Below, in pieces: positions 1-9,068 of a stretch of DNA of 24,037 nt. The notes beneath the pieces were generated by a model. It saw nothing but the letters and a program-made list of their open reading frames with translations, did no database searches and was not told where the DNA came from. The position numbers and the translations under genes are program-made. The stretch is from a virus. Taxonomy: Duplodnaviria > Caudoviricetes. The stretch is taken from IMG/VR virus record IMGVR_UViG_3300048886_002032, positions 1-24,037 of that record. The stretch is one strand, 5' to 3'. Position 1 is the stretch's first letter; each line of letters starts with the position of its first letter.

Positions 1-1190
1 TCGTTTCCAATTTGTCTTAATTTTAATATCGTTATAAATCTTTTTGCATTTTCTTTTATTTCAATAATTTTAAACGCAACATTCCTTTCGATAAATGAAG
101 AACCGAAGGCATGGGGTAAAGGCGTTGCGGCATCATCAATAGTAGCGTCACCGACAACCGGATAAAACTTAATATAAGGTTTAAGTCTTAATGGGTAGTC
201 GATTAATACTTGATCTAATAATTTAGAGTTTCTAACTAAAGACGTTTCAACCTCAACTTCCAATTCTATTTTAGGAAATTTAAATTCATTACTTAATTTA
301 CTTGCAATGGAGAGTTGAGTCACTTCATTGGTTAAAAAATCAATAACCCCTACGGTTTTTTGCTTATAACCATAGTCCTCAACGTAATTAGTTTCGATTG
401 ATGCCTGTTGGCCAACTTTAACAACCGTAAAAAGTCTTTGTTTCCCATCATTAAATTTATTAATTTTTAAAATGTTTTGTCGGCCTCTTTGAGAGTATGG
501 CCCAAATAATTCTAAAGACGCCCCTGAATTAACATCCCTAGATTTAATTTCCATTGTGTCGGTTGAATCAATTATAAAAACTGAATTGGTTGCAATTAAA
601 AGTTTTGCTAAACCGTCCCGAGTGGAAATGTTATCAAATTTAGATCCATCATCAATTATAATATTATTTGGTGGGCTTATTTTAGAGGCATCAAATGTTA
701 ATACGGCTTTTATATCAGGCTTATCCAATATTTGTTCTAGGGCCGTTTGTGAATCCGTTCCATTATTAATAGTCCCCGCTGGAATTCTGGCCGTTCTAAT
801 AACCGAATCAAAACTTAAAACTCTAAAAGTTAATTCTTCATTTTCAAAATTTTCTCTCGTGCCCTCTTCGTTTATAAGGCCTCTAAAAACGTCAACGGCA
901 CCATTAACATCATTGTATTCGATTCTAACTTTCGTTAAGTCCCTACTATAAGTAAAGATAGACCTATGGTCATGAATTTGTGAAAGGTAACCATCCTTAT
1001 TAATCGCCTTAAGAGTTACATCACCATAATAAAAAACGCCAATATCATAATCCCCAGCGTCAATGCTTTTTCTCATAGAAGAAACGCCCGAATCAATAAT
1101 TTTAGCAGAGACTTCTATTTCATCGGCATAAGTTGTGGCCGTTAATTTTGGAGTAAAATAGATTTTATAATGAATTGGAGTTATCGCCAT
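1..1190 (-). CDS. Probable tail hub/baseplate protein, 3'-truncated by the window edge
   Basis: Not in the ORF track. ATG at 1188-1190 with SD AAGGA; the parts translated by hand read MAITPIHYKIYFTPKLT...FRGLINEEGTRENFENEELTFRVLSFDSV... and, in the same frame at the edge, ...RFITILKLRQIGN. Position is TMP > Dit-like > this gene. Confidence 0.7.
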   Translation of the reverse strand, partial: MAITPIHYKIYFTPKLTATTYADEIEVSAKIIDSGVSSMRKSIDAGDYDIGVFYYGDVTLKAINKDGYLSQIHDHRSIFTYSRDLTKVRIEYNDVNGAVDVFRGLINEEGTRENFENEELTFRVLSFDSVIRTARIPAGTINNGTDSQTALEQILDKPDIKAVLTFDASKISPPNNIIIDDGSKFDNISTRDGLAKLLIATNSVFIIDSTDTMEIKSRDVNSGASLELFGPYSQRGRQNILKINKFNDGKQRLFTVVKVGQQASIETNYVEDYGYKQKTVGVIDFLTNEVTQLSIASKLSNEFKFPKIELEVEVETSLVRNSKLLDQVLIDYPLRLKPYIKFYPVVGDATIDDAATPLPHAFGSSFIERNVAFKIIEIKENAKRFITILKLRQIGN

Positions 1191-1199
1191 TTTATTCCT

Positions 1200-2036
1200 T
1201 TAAACGTGTGAAACTAATTCTAACCCACCAAGGTCCATTGGATTAGTATAAATATTTTTTAAATATTTTAATCTATACCCTTTTATGACTTGAACTAGTT
1301 TTGCATCCTTTAATCTAAATCCAGGAATTGCGGTTGTAAAATGTTTTGGTTCATATCGTCCACCGCATGGATAAATGATAAAGGGTGATTCACTCTCCAA
1401 AAGAGCAATAGCCAAATCAATGTCGACATTATAAACGGAACTAGTAGGATAATTTTTAAACTTAATGGAATATCCCATTGTTTCGAGTGATTTTTGAACA
1501 CTATACCGCCCCGATAAAGTTTTTTTCGATCTTGAATTTCTATCCACACTGATTTTTGAGACTTCGGGATAACCTACAAAAGTTCCTATTTCACTCGACC
1601 CAATAAATTGAGAGATATATTTTTCGGCGTTTGTTGCTTGTGTGGTGTCGATAGATATTTGAAGCCCACCCGTTGAAACCGAATCAAATTCATAATAAGC
1701 CGAATTTTCAGAAAAATCTGTTTCTGTTATATTAGTTTTAGTAACACCACCAATACCTATAACATTTGAGAAATGAACGTATGAGGCGCCTGATAAATAC
1801 TTAACGGTAAAACCTTTAAAGTTACAATCAAGTAAAAGAATTCTATCAATTGTTTGTGTGTCGAAAGTCACTGTTAAAGTTTCGGTGGTAGTATCATTTG
1901 ACCCGACCGAACGCCAAAAAGTGTCGACATCAAGATCAAGAGCATATTTTGCAGAGGCGTTGCCAGTACTCCCAACAGCCGAACCATCTTTTATTTTATT
2001 TTCGTATAGAAATTTTATACCGCCAGTAACCGCCAT
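1200..2036 (-). CDS. Distal-tail (Dit-like) structural protein with probable beta-sandwich/discoidin-like N-terminal domain
   Basis: 278 aa, Thr/Ser/Gly-rich, directly after the TMP (1-nt stop/start overlap); 'YALDLDVDTFWRS...ETLTVTF' resembles F5/8-type domains. Confidence 0.55.
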   Translation of the reverse strand: MAVTGGIKFLYENKIKDGSAVGSTGNASAKYALDLDVDTFWRSVGSNDTTTETLTVTFDTQTIDRILLLDCNFKGFTVKYLSGASYVHFSNVIGIGGVTKTNITETDFSENSAYYEFDSVSTGGLQISIDTTQATNAEKYISQFIGSSEIGTFVGYPEVSKISVDRNSRSKKTLSGRYSVQKSLETMGYSIKFKNYPTSSVYNVDIDLAIALLESESPFIIYPCGGRYEPKHFTTAIPGFRLKDAKLVQVIKGYRLKYLKNIYTNPMDLGGLELVSHV

Positions 2037-4207
2037 TATGCCGCCTCCTCTCTAGAAATTCCTAAAGCCTGATTTTCAATTTGTCTGGCCGTTAATACTT
2101 GACTGGCCTCTTCTCCATCGAACCCTATAATAACTTGGGTTGTTGATTCATTTCCAAAAACCTCTTCATCTCTTGAAGCCCCAATTGCATTTAAAGCATC
2201 ATTGGCATCTCTTTGAGGTATTACTAATTCACCGGGCATTAACATGGCCGGCACCGAATCTATTCCTTTAATTCCACCTGAAACAATTCCCCCATCAGCA
2301 AGTTTTTGAGCATTTAATCTATGAAGTTGTTCAACTCCAAAAGCTACTTGAGCCGCGGCCAAAACACCGCCTATTATAGGACCGGCCGGAACACCGAAAA
2401 ATTCGACCGCCCCTTTCATAGCACTTGACGCCGCCGCCGCTGTATTGGCCACGATTGAAACATTGGCCCCAACTTTTGCAATGGCCCTCAACTCTTTATT
2501 AGATGAAGAGGCCATTGCCGAAAATTGAGAAGCAAACTTATCGGCCTCTTTAAAACGGCTATCATCCAAAAATTTCATAGTTTTATAATAGGACTTCATC
2601 CCACCGATTAATTTTAAATTATGTTTCTGCTCAAATTTTAATTCGTCGTTTTGATCTTTTAATCTCTTTTTTTGTTTTTCATCAAAGGCCTGTTGCTCTA
2701 ATTCTTTTTCGGTTACTATAAATTTAGAGAGTTCTTCTAATTTTAAAAGTCTCTCTTCCTCGGTATAAAGACGAAACATTTCATCATATTCTTGATTCAT
2801 TTCCATTTTTGCAAGCTGTTCTTCTCCAAGTAATTCAAGAGTCTTATTCTTATATCGTTCCTGCTCCTCATAAAGTCTTTTATTATAATATTTAATTGTT
2901 TGGTAAACGGATTCGGCGGCTTTAGTAACTGGAATAGTAGTACTCGCAGGTGCGTCATTCCATTTCTTGTCTACATTTTTTTTAAAAGAATCAAAATCAG
3001 CGTCAACTTTTTTAAGAGAGTCACTAATTACGTCTTTTATTAAAGTAAAATGGGTTACCATATGGGCCGGGTTAAATATAAACTCGGTTGAAAAATAAGA
3101 TGCGATTGTTGTAAAAAATTTTTTTGCCGTAATTCCTATAGTATCAAAACCTTTTATAAAAAGCTTAACCGTTTCTTTCCAAAGTAATTTTGTTCGATCT
3201 ACATTCTTTACAAAGTCAGACATAAAAGTGGTTATTGCTACCGATGCCCCTATAACTAAAGCCCCAATACCGGTCGACATAAGAGTCGCCCTAAAACCTT
3301 TTAATGAAATAGAGGCCGCTGTAATTGCCGTTCTTAATCCATAAAAACCGGCCGCCGCCGTAGCAAGACCCGCTGTTAATGCCGCCAAATTTGTAGCAAA
3401 CAATAAAACCGTTCCGGCCATATCTGCAAATTCTTTTCCATGGGTTTTTAATAGTTTTACTAGAATTTCATTTAACCAATGGGCCATTTCTGATAATGGT
3501 TTCGTTAATTTTTTACCGATAATTTCTGCTATATCTCCAAGAGTGTTCCCTAATTGAATAAATCGACCGGTCCCTTCGGCCGTTGCTCTTGCTTGCCCAC
3601 CGAATTGGACTTGTAATTCTTTTAAAATAATTGCTTGAGCAGAAGCCACGTCATTTATTTTCACGAAAGATTTAACGAGGTCTTTTTGCTCCTCACTGAA
3701 TTGAATGCCGGCCCGAGTCATGGCCGTTATACCTAGGATAGGGTCATTTAAAGCTTTACCTAACATCAAGGCCGAACTTTTTAAGTCAGTACCTAAAGCG
3801 GCCGACATGTCTAAAACAGTTTCTGTCGCCTTTGGAAAAACATCTTTTCCAATTTTAGTAAAAGTTAAAAGTAAAGATTGAGCGCCTATAATGGCCTCAT
3901 CTCCAAAAGTTGAAACCTCTTGAAGGCTACTTGCCATGTTAGTTAATTCTTTAGCTGTTAACCCAACGGCATTCCCAGTTGATTTTAAGGCGGCCCCTAA
4001 TCTCGTTTCGGCTTGCTCTTGAACTCTATAAGTAGCAATTAACCCGGCTATTGTAGCCGATAAACCGGCAAAGGCTATTGTGGCCTTTGTTGCAATTCCA
4101 CTTAATGTTTGTTGTAGCTTTTTAGTACTCTTTTCGGTTTGGCCTAACGCTTTTTGAAAGTCGGCCGTGTCACCATTTATTTTTATCGTTAAATTATTGA
4201 CCGCCAT
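2036..4207 (-). CDS. Tail tape measure protein
   Basis: 723 aa, Ala/Gly/Leu-rich helical; typical N-terminus 'LTIKINGDTADFQKAL', 'GKALNDPILGITAMTRAGI' motif and C-terminal 'LADGGIV...DSVPAMLMPGELVIP'; follows the chaperone genes. Confidence 0.92.
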   Translation of the reverse strand: MAVNNLTIKINGDTADFQKALGQTEKSTKKLQQTLSGIATKATIAFAGLSATIAGLIATYRVQEQAETRLGAALKSTGNAVGLTAKELTNMASSLQEVSTFGDEAIIGAQSLLLTFTKIGKDVFPKATETVLDMSAALGTDLKSSALMLGKALNDPILGITAMTRAGIQFSEEQKDLVKSFVKINDVASAQAIILKELQVQFGGQARATAEGTGRFIQLGNTLGDIAEIIGKKLTKPLSEMAHWLNEILVKLLKTHGKEFADMAGTVLLFATNLAALTAGLATAAAGFYGLRTAITAASISLKGFRATLMSTGIGALVIGASVAITTFMSDFVKNVDRTKLLWKETVKLFIKGFDTIGITAKKFFTTIASYFSTEFIFNPAHMVTHFTLIKDVISDSLKKVDADFDSFKKNVDKKWNDAPASTTIPVTKAAESVYQTIKYYNKRLYEEQERYKNKTLELLGEEQLAKMEMNQEYDEMFRLYTEEERLLKLEELSKFIVTEKELEQQAFDEKQKKRLKDQNDELKFEQKHNLKLIGGMKSYYKTMKFLDDSRFKEADKFASQFSAMASSSNKELRAIAKVGANVSIVANTAAAASSAMKGAVEFFGVPAGPIIGGVLAAAQVAFGVEQLHRLNAQKLADGGIVSGGIKGIDSVPAMLMPGELVIPQRDANDALNAIGASRDEEVFGNESTTQVIIGFDGEEASQVLTARQIENQALGISREEAA

Positions 4208-4519
4208 ATTCTAACCTCTTTCGTTCACGGGCCTTATTCAATGCAATTTTCATGGCCTCTTTTTGATCGTCACTTAAATCAATATTTTTTTCATCATCTC
4301 TCATAGGGCCATTCGATTCTAATTTTAAACCCTGTAAAGACGCTTTAAAAGATCTATCAGAGTTTATTCTAAGGCCTATTTTTTGAAGTCTCCAATATAT
4401 TTCATGCAATGACATTTTTAAAATATATTCGGTACTCCATCCATAATTAAAACTAAAAGTATCAAAAACCTCACCCCAATCTAGGGTTTTTTCGTCCGGC
4501 GAATTTTCGCTTTTTTTTT
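4194..4519 (-). CDS. Tail assembly chaperone 'T' segment (C-terminal part of a G-T -1 frameshift fusion)
   Basis: The 73-aa ORF 4194..4415 is open upstream in the -1 frame (…KSENSPDEKTLDWGEVFDTFSFNYGWSTEYILKMSL…) back to an A9 run at 4511-4519. Confidence 0.75.
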
Positions 4520-4960
4520 GATAATCTTTTTAGTTTCGTCGGCCTTATCAGGGTTTAATGTGGCCTCTTTTATTTCCCCTATCACCTTTTCACTAAAACC
4601 CATGGAGTTTAATAATGCTAAAAACATTTCCAAATGCTCTTTTAATGAAGCAATAAACTTCATAAGCAACTTATAACCACCCACGTTATTAACCTCTTCT
4701 TCTCCGGTTTCAATATTAATAGTTTTTAATTCTATCTTTTTAAATTCTTTGGCGTCCTCATAGTCCATTAAATAAAGGACAACTTTACAAACATCGGACG
4801 AAATAGGATTTTTCATTACGTCCTCAATATCAATCTTTTTCTCTTTGAGGCTTATTAAGTCTTGAGGAGTACAAGGCCTTAAACTAAAGGTCTTATCGGG
4901 AATTGATAAATAAAACTCCGATCGTCTAGGTAATAAATCAGTGACTTTAAACTCTTTCAT
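4481..4960 (-). CDS. Tail assembly chaperone (gpG-like)
   Basis: 159 aa between tail tube and TMP, SD AAGGGG, slippery A9 near the 3' end. Confidence 0.75.
   Translation of the reverse strand: MKEFKVTDLLPRRSEFYLSIPDKTFSLRPCTPQDLISLKEKKIDIEDVMKNPISSDVCKVVLYLMDYEDAKEFKKIELKTINIETGEEEVNNVGGYKLLMKFIASLKEHLEMFLALLNSMGFSEKVIGEIKEATLNPDKADETKKIIKKKAKIRRTKKP
4511..4519 (-). other. Programmed -1 ribosomal frameshift site (A AAA AAA)
   Basis: - strand ATC AAA AAA AAA GCG; the -1 frame has a TAA just upstream and is open downstream to 4194. Confidence 0.7.
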
Positions 4961-5112
4961 AATTTCCCCTTTTAAATTTTATCAAAAATAATTTATTATG
5001 ATTTATTTTTTATGTCATCACAATTTATTATAGGGGGGGGATTTGAGAAAAAAGATATTTCTTCAAATTGCCATGGGTGAATTTCAAAAAAAAAGAGGCA
5101 AACCGAAAGAAT

Positions 5113-5130
5113 TGACTTTTTGAAAAGTCA
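5113..5130. promoter_or_regulatory. Palindromic operator candidate TGACTTTT-TG-AAAAGTCA
   Basis: Perfect 8-bp inverted repeat overlapping a TTGACT hexamer, ~28 nt upstream of the RHH-like gene. Confidence 0.45.
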
Positions 5131-5157
5131 GGGGAATTAGGGGGGGGTAAAATTAAA

Positions 5158-5361
5158 ATGGAAAATTTAAATCAATTTATTCATATAAGAGTGTCAGACC
5201 AAGAGAAAAATAGACTTAAATGGTTGGCCGATAAATATGCCAATGGAAATTTATCTTTATGGATGGTTTATGCAAGCTTGAATTTAGATAGAGAGTTTAT
5301 TAAACCCGAAGTTTTAAATGAATCAAAAAGAAATAGGGCCAGAGGTCGAAAGAAAATTTAA
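5158..5361 (+). CDS. Ribbon-helix-helix-like small DNA-binding protein
   Basis: 67 aa; 'IHIRVSDQEKNRLKWLADKY..NLSLWM' fits the beta-helix-helix pattern of CopG/MobC-like proteins; fills an intergenic gap; G-rich SD. Confidence 0.7.
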   Translation: MENLNQFIHIRVSDQEKNRLKWLADKYANGNLSLWMVYASLNLDREFIKPEVLNESKRNRARGRKKI

Positions 5362-5383
5362 CTTGGAAAAATTCTCTTTCGAC
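5345..5383. terminator. Hairpin between the convergent RHH and tail tube genes
   Basis: GTCGAAAGAAAATTT ... AAATTCTCTTTCGAC, 14/15 complementary; no clear U-tract. Confidence 0.45.
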
Positions 5384-5399
5384 TCTCCGGCGTAACCTT

Positions 5400-6278
5400 T
5401 TAGGAAGGTTGGACCCAACGGATTTTTATAACTCCGTCTTTTGCTGTATCGTACAACATTTTTACCGTCACTTCGGCGGCACTGAAAGAATTTCTAGAAA
5501 AATTAAGCGGCATCCCGACAGCCTTACAATTAAACGCGTCTGCTTCTATCATCTCGCCCGACCCTTTTTTCTGTCCCATAATTAAGGCGCCGAAATTCGG
5601 GAATGACTGATTAGCTTGATTTCCAATCGTGACATCCATGGAACTAGTATTAATTGGGTTAACATAAAACTCTGCACTATCGCCTATTGTAAAGGCCGGC
5701 GTTCCCACCTTTGTAAAAGTTAAACCAAACGTTGCATCAATAGCGGTCGATGCAGAAACATCAAGGCCACTTGCTACTTTAAGAGAATCATTTAAATAAC
5801 TACCATCGGTGCCACGCCCTATGTCGGCGTCACTTCCTAAATAAAGATCGAAAGTTTGGGCGGCCGTTGCCACAATAATATATTTTCCAAATTTTAAATC
5901 GGCCTCATCACCTGAAGTCGCCGTCACCGCTGAAATTCCATTGGCCGCTGAAATAACCGAAGTCCCTTTAACATTGGCGGCTGTAGTAACAGAGCCACTT
6001 GCCTCCGCCGCATTTGTTGTTGGGGCATTTCCTAAAAATAAAGTGAACACAAAATCGGGATATTCTGAAAAAGAAAGTGATAATTCCGCCGATATCGCTC
6101 CGTCGGCCGATTCCCATGGATACTTGCTCGACCCTCCAACGAGGTCGATCGTTTCGCCACTAAGAGAAAGACTTGATGATTCTAAAACTTTGAGTTCTCC
6201 GTAAAATTCTCCGGTCGCCCTCTGATAAGGGGAAAAACTATGAATCCCAAAAAACGTTCTTGGTGCTGATAAAGCCAT
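5400..6278 (-). CDS. Major tail (tube) protein
   Basis: 292 aa, Ser/Thr/Ala/Gly-rich, strong SD AAGGAG; lies after the tail terminator and before chaperones/TMP. Confidence 0.8.
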   Translation of the reverse strand: MALSAPRTFFGIHSFSPYQRATGEFYGELKVLESSSLSLSGETIDLVGGSSKYPWESADGAISAELSLSFSEYPDFVFTLFLGNAPTTNAAEASGSVTTAANVKGTSVISAANGISAVTATSGDEADLKFGKYIIVATAAQTFDLYLGSDADIGRGTDGSYLNDSLKVASGLDVSASTAIDATFGLTFTKVGTPAFTIGDSAEFYVNPINTSSMDVTIGNQANQSFPNFGALIMGQKKGSGEMIEADAFNCKAVGMPLNFSRNSFSAAEVTVKMLYDTAKDGVIKIRWVQPS

Positions 6279-6301
6279 GGTAAAAACTCCTTTTTTAAAT
6301 A

Positions 6302-6775
6302 TTAACCTATTGAACTTTTTATTTGTAAACCAACGGCCCTAAACTCTCTTGATTCATTTAACGTTGATAAAGGGATAGGGGCCAAAACATTAATCGATAT
6401 AAAATTACTATTACTCTTTATACTAAAATTCTCTTCAAAAATTTCTTTTAAGGCCCTTGAGTACCTAAACATCCTCGTGGCCAAATCGGTATACCCCGAT
6501 TGATCGGCCAAAACTAAAACTATATTTATTATAAATTCTTGAGGCGTATTAGGTCCAAAACCAGTTCCGTCTATATCCTCACACGAATAAAAAATAAAAG
6601 GGTTATGGTTAACGCTCTCATGATCGAGGTCTTGCAAAAAATAAGCTGAATTATCAACGGTTAAAAGAGTAATTGAGTCACCCTTTTCCGTATTAATAGC
6701 GCCTATTTTAGTATTTAAATTAGTTGTTAAAATACTTTTTACATCAACCATTAATGATTCAAGATCATAGGCCAT
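6302..6775 (-). CDS. Tail terminator/completion protein (putative)
   Basis: 157 aa; size and position immediately before the tail tube gene. Confidence 0.55.
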   Translation of the reverse strand: MAYDLESLMVDVKSILTTNLNTKIGAINTEKGDSITLLTVDNSAYFLQDLDHESVNHNPFIFYSCEDIDGTGFGPNTPQEFIINIVLVLADQSGYTDLATRMFRYSRALKEIFEENFSIKSNSNFISINVLAPIPLSTLNESREFRAVGLQIKSSIG

Positions 6776-7398
6776 TATTTTTTACCTTTACCTTTTAGAG
6801 TTTTCATTACGTAGTCATCTAAGGTTTTAATCCACAAACCCAAACGTCTTTTTATATGAGGGGAATTGGCCCATGGACCCTTCTCGGTCCCGATAACCAT
6901 AAAGGGTCGGGCCGGCATTTTTCTCGTTCCTGTCTGTAAATAAGTTGGATAAGGAGCGCCTTTTTTACTCGTGACTTTCGTTCCTAATATAAGAACCTTT
7001 TTATTTAAAATTGAGGCGATTGTATTACTATCGGCCGGGTCCGTTAAAGACCTCATTAAATCACCCGATGCTTTTAAAATCGGATAAACAAAACCATATT
7101 TCATTTCTTTATATTGTTGATAACCATTTGGGAAAAATTTATCACTCGGTGGTTTTTTTTTCCAACCGGCGGTATTCTCATCGGTTAACCAATGGGCCGT
7201 GAAGGGCTTATCTGAAAGATCTTTAAAAGGCCCTTTACCTTTTAAAATAAAAAGGGCCTTATTCGTTTTATACCAAGACCGACCGATAAGTTTTAATGGT
7301 TCACTTAAATCATCAACCTTTCGACCGGCCCTTCTTAAGGCCCTTTTGAATTCTCCGGTCGGATCAACCACAATCCCTTTGTTTTTATCCATCACCAT
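6775..7398 (-). CDS. Virion morphogenesis / tail completion protein (Mu gpG-like)
   Basis: Basic 207-aa protein with 'IL..SGDL..S' and 'YLQTGTRKMPARPFM' motifs. Confidence 0.8.
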   Translation of the reverse strand: MVMDKNKGIVVDPTGEFKRALRRAGRKVDDLSEPLKLIGRSWYKTNKALFILKGKGPFKDLSDKPFTAHWLTDENTAGWKKKPPSDKFFPNGYQQYKEMKYGFVYPILKASGDLMRSLTDPADSNTIASILNKKVLILGTKVTSKKGAPYPTYLQTGTRKMPARPFMVIGTEKGPWANSPHIKRRLGLWIKTLDDYVMKTLKGKGKK

Positions 7399-7823
7399 TG
7401 CTGTACATCTCTTTTAAAAATATGGGATAGATCATCTGAAACGGCAAAAGAATTCACTCCATCACTCGCCCGGCCTAAAGTGGCGTCACTTAATAGCAAT
7501 TTACCTAAAGCTATTTCGTCCAATTTTTTTAAGGCCATCGCCTGTAAATTGGTACTACTGTCTTGATCGGCCTCTGCTATTCCAGTCTTAACGGCCAAAA
7601 TCCTTTTAACTCTTGATGCTACAAGTTGGACACTTATCGTCTTAATGATTTTTAGAGAATTAGAACCTGTTATGGGCGTTGCATACTTTCGTCCTACAAT
7701 GCCGTCTATATAGGCGTCCTCTTGACTGATAAACTCGTCAACTTCGGCCGACGTAATTCCATTACTCGAATAAGTTAAATTTTTAAATTCGGCCTGGACA
7801 TCGGTATTAAGTGAGTAAGCCAT
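7392..7823 (-). CDS. Head-tail connector (Mu gp36/DUF1320-like)
   Basis: 143 aa; 'MAYS...DV', 'IDGIVGRKYATPI', 'A...LDEIALGKLLL' pattern. Confidence 0.8.
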   Translation of the reverse strand: MAYSLNTDVQAEFKNLTYSSNGITSAEVDEFISQEDAYIDGIVGRKYATPITGSNSLKIIKTISVQLVASRVKRILAVKTGIAEADQDSSTNLQAMALKKLDEIALGKLLLSDATLGRASDGVNSFAVSDDLSHIFKRDVQQW

Positions 7824-7826
7824 TTT

Positions 7827-8024
7827 CTACACCTTTTTTTTAGGGCCTCTTTTTTTTCTTTGTTTAATAATAGGTTGAGGGTCTACTGGAATTTCTTCAA
7901 CAATATTTCCTTCTATTAATCCGTGAATTAAATTTCCAATTATTATTATTTCATCATTATTGATCGTTTGGCCTTTTGTTTTTCTAACGCCATTACAACC
8001 AAAATTTTCTAAAACCTTAAACAT
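7827..8024 (-). CDS. Small hypothetical virion-associated protein
   Basis: 65 aa, strong SD AGGAGGTG, basic C-terminus, directly after the MCP. Confidence 0.65.
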   Translation of the reverse strand: MFKVLENFGCNGVRKTKGQTINNDEIIIIGNLIHGLIEGNIVEEIPVDPQPIIKQRKKRGPKKKV

Positions 8025-8046
8025 TAATCACCTCCTATTAAAATTT

Positions 8047-8077
8047 AAAAAAAGGTGGGCGTTTTAATTCCCACCTT
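8047..8077 (-). terminator. Intrinsic terminator after the major capsid gene
   Basis: AAGGTGGG/CCCACCTT 8-bp stem running into a T-tract on the - strand, ~11 nt after the MCP stop. Confidence 0.75.
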
Positions 8078-8088
8078 CTAAAAAACTT

Positions 8089-9021
8089 TTAGGCCACGGC
8101 ATTTTTAATTAAATATGCAGCGCTAACATTACTTAGAAATAAATCATAAGCATCCTCAACCAAAACAGCGGTCGAACCTGGAGGGTTATTTACAGCATAC
8201 TTATAAACTTTTCGTGGAGCAGATTGTTGGATTCTATAACCAAGAGAAACCTGATAAGGCGCTGCACGATCGGGGACAACTGCAAAAATTGCATTTTTAC
8301 CGAAGGCCGGTGCCAATGAACTCGTTTGACCTTCTGCTGCTGATTCATACATAACTTCTGAAATGATTAACTTATCAACTCCAAAAGCAACGGCCAATTC
8401 ATCATGGCTCAACCCACCGCCTCTATTATATTTATATCCTAGAGCGTCAAGAATTTTACCAGAAAATCTAATCTGATTCCAAACTTGCCACGACATAATT
8501 AAAGCGTTTGGCGGTCGGCCACAACCATCTTGTATAGTGGTTCGTGCTGTAGAGGCATCACCAAGAGGGTCGCTATTAGTATAATCACTCCATTGGGCCG
8601 TTCCTGACAATGTAGTATTTTGTGTTAGTGTTGCGGTATTTCCTAAAGCATCACCAAGAGTTTTTTCTTTTTCAATCATCAATTGAGTTGTTAATCCAAT
8701 GACTTCATCTCTCATGGCATCATAAGGAGAATCGTACAAATTTATTTTATCATCATTTGTGACAAGGCCTTCAAGACCATGCCCCTCTACAGTATAAGTC
8801 GATTGACTTCTAGTAACGGCCTCGACTCTTCTATACTCGCCACGGCCTCCAATATAATTTTGTTCGATTCTAAGATGGTTAGTTCCATACTTAGCAAGTT
8901 TCCCGGATTTTTGGGCAACCCTTACTTCGGGTAGAATTTTTTCGCAGGCATAACCTTCGGGGATATAAGCAGAGGATGCTTGAGTTAAAAGTTTATCTAC
9001 AATTGCGGTCATTTGTGACAT
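8089..9021 (-). CDS. Major capsid protein (HK97 fold)
   Basis: 310 aa, SD AAGGAG, 'LSGTAQWSDYTNSDP' and terminal 'AAYLIKNAVA' typical of lambda-E-like MCPs; follows protease and decoration genes. Confidence 0.9.
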   Translation of the reverse strand: MSQMTAIVDKLLTQASSAYIPEGYACEKILPEVRVAQKSGKLAKYGTNHLRIEQNYIGGRGEYRRVEAVTRSQSTYTVEGHGLEGLVTNDDKINLYDSPYDAMRDEVIGLTTQLMIEKEKTLGDALGNTATLTQNTTLSGTAQWSDYTNSDPLGDASTARTTIQDGCGRPPNALIMSWQVWNQIRFSGKILDALGYKYNRGGGLSHDELAVAFGVDKLIISEVMYESAAEGQTSSLAPAFGKNAIFAVVPDRAAPYQVSLGYRIQQSAPRKVYKYAVNNPPGSTAVLVEDAYDLFLSNVSAAYLIKNAVA

Positions 9022-9068
9022 TTTTTTTACTCCTTATTAAAAATTAAAATTTAAAAAACAAATTGTTA

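Noticed and set aside
556-951. + strand ORF, and similar antisense ORFs at 1858, 5941, 7011, 7199, 9079, 9630, 10329, 15146, 15365, 16029, 17308 and 19397
   Set aside because: Shadow frames opposite well-supported genes; no recognisable motifs.
1310-1549. Same-strand alternative-frame ORFs (1310..1549, 10093..10317)
   Set aside because: Fully nested in longer genes with credible products; no independent support.
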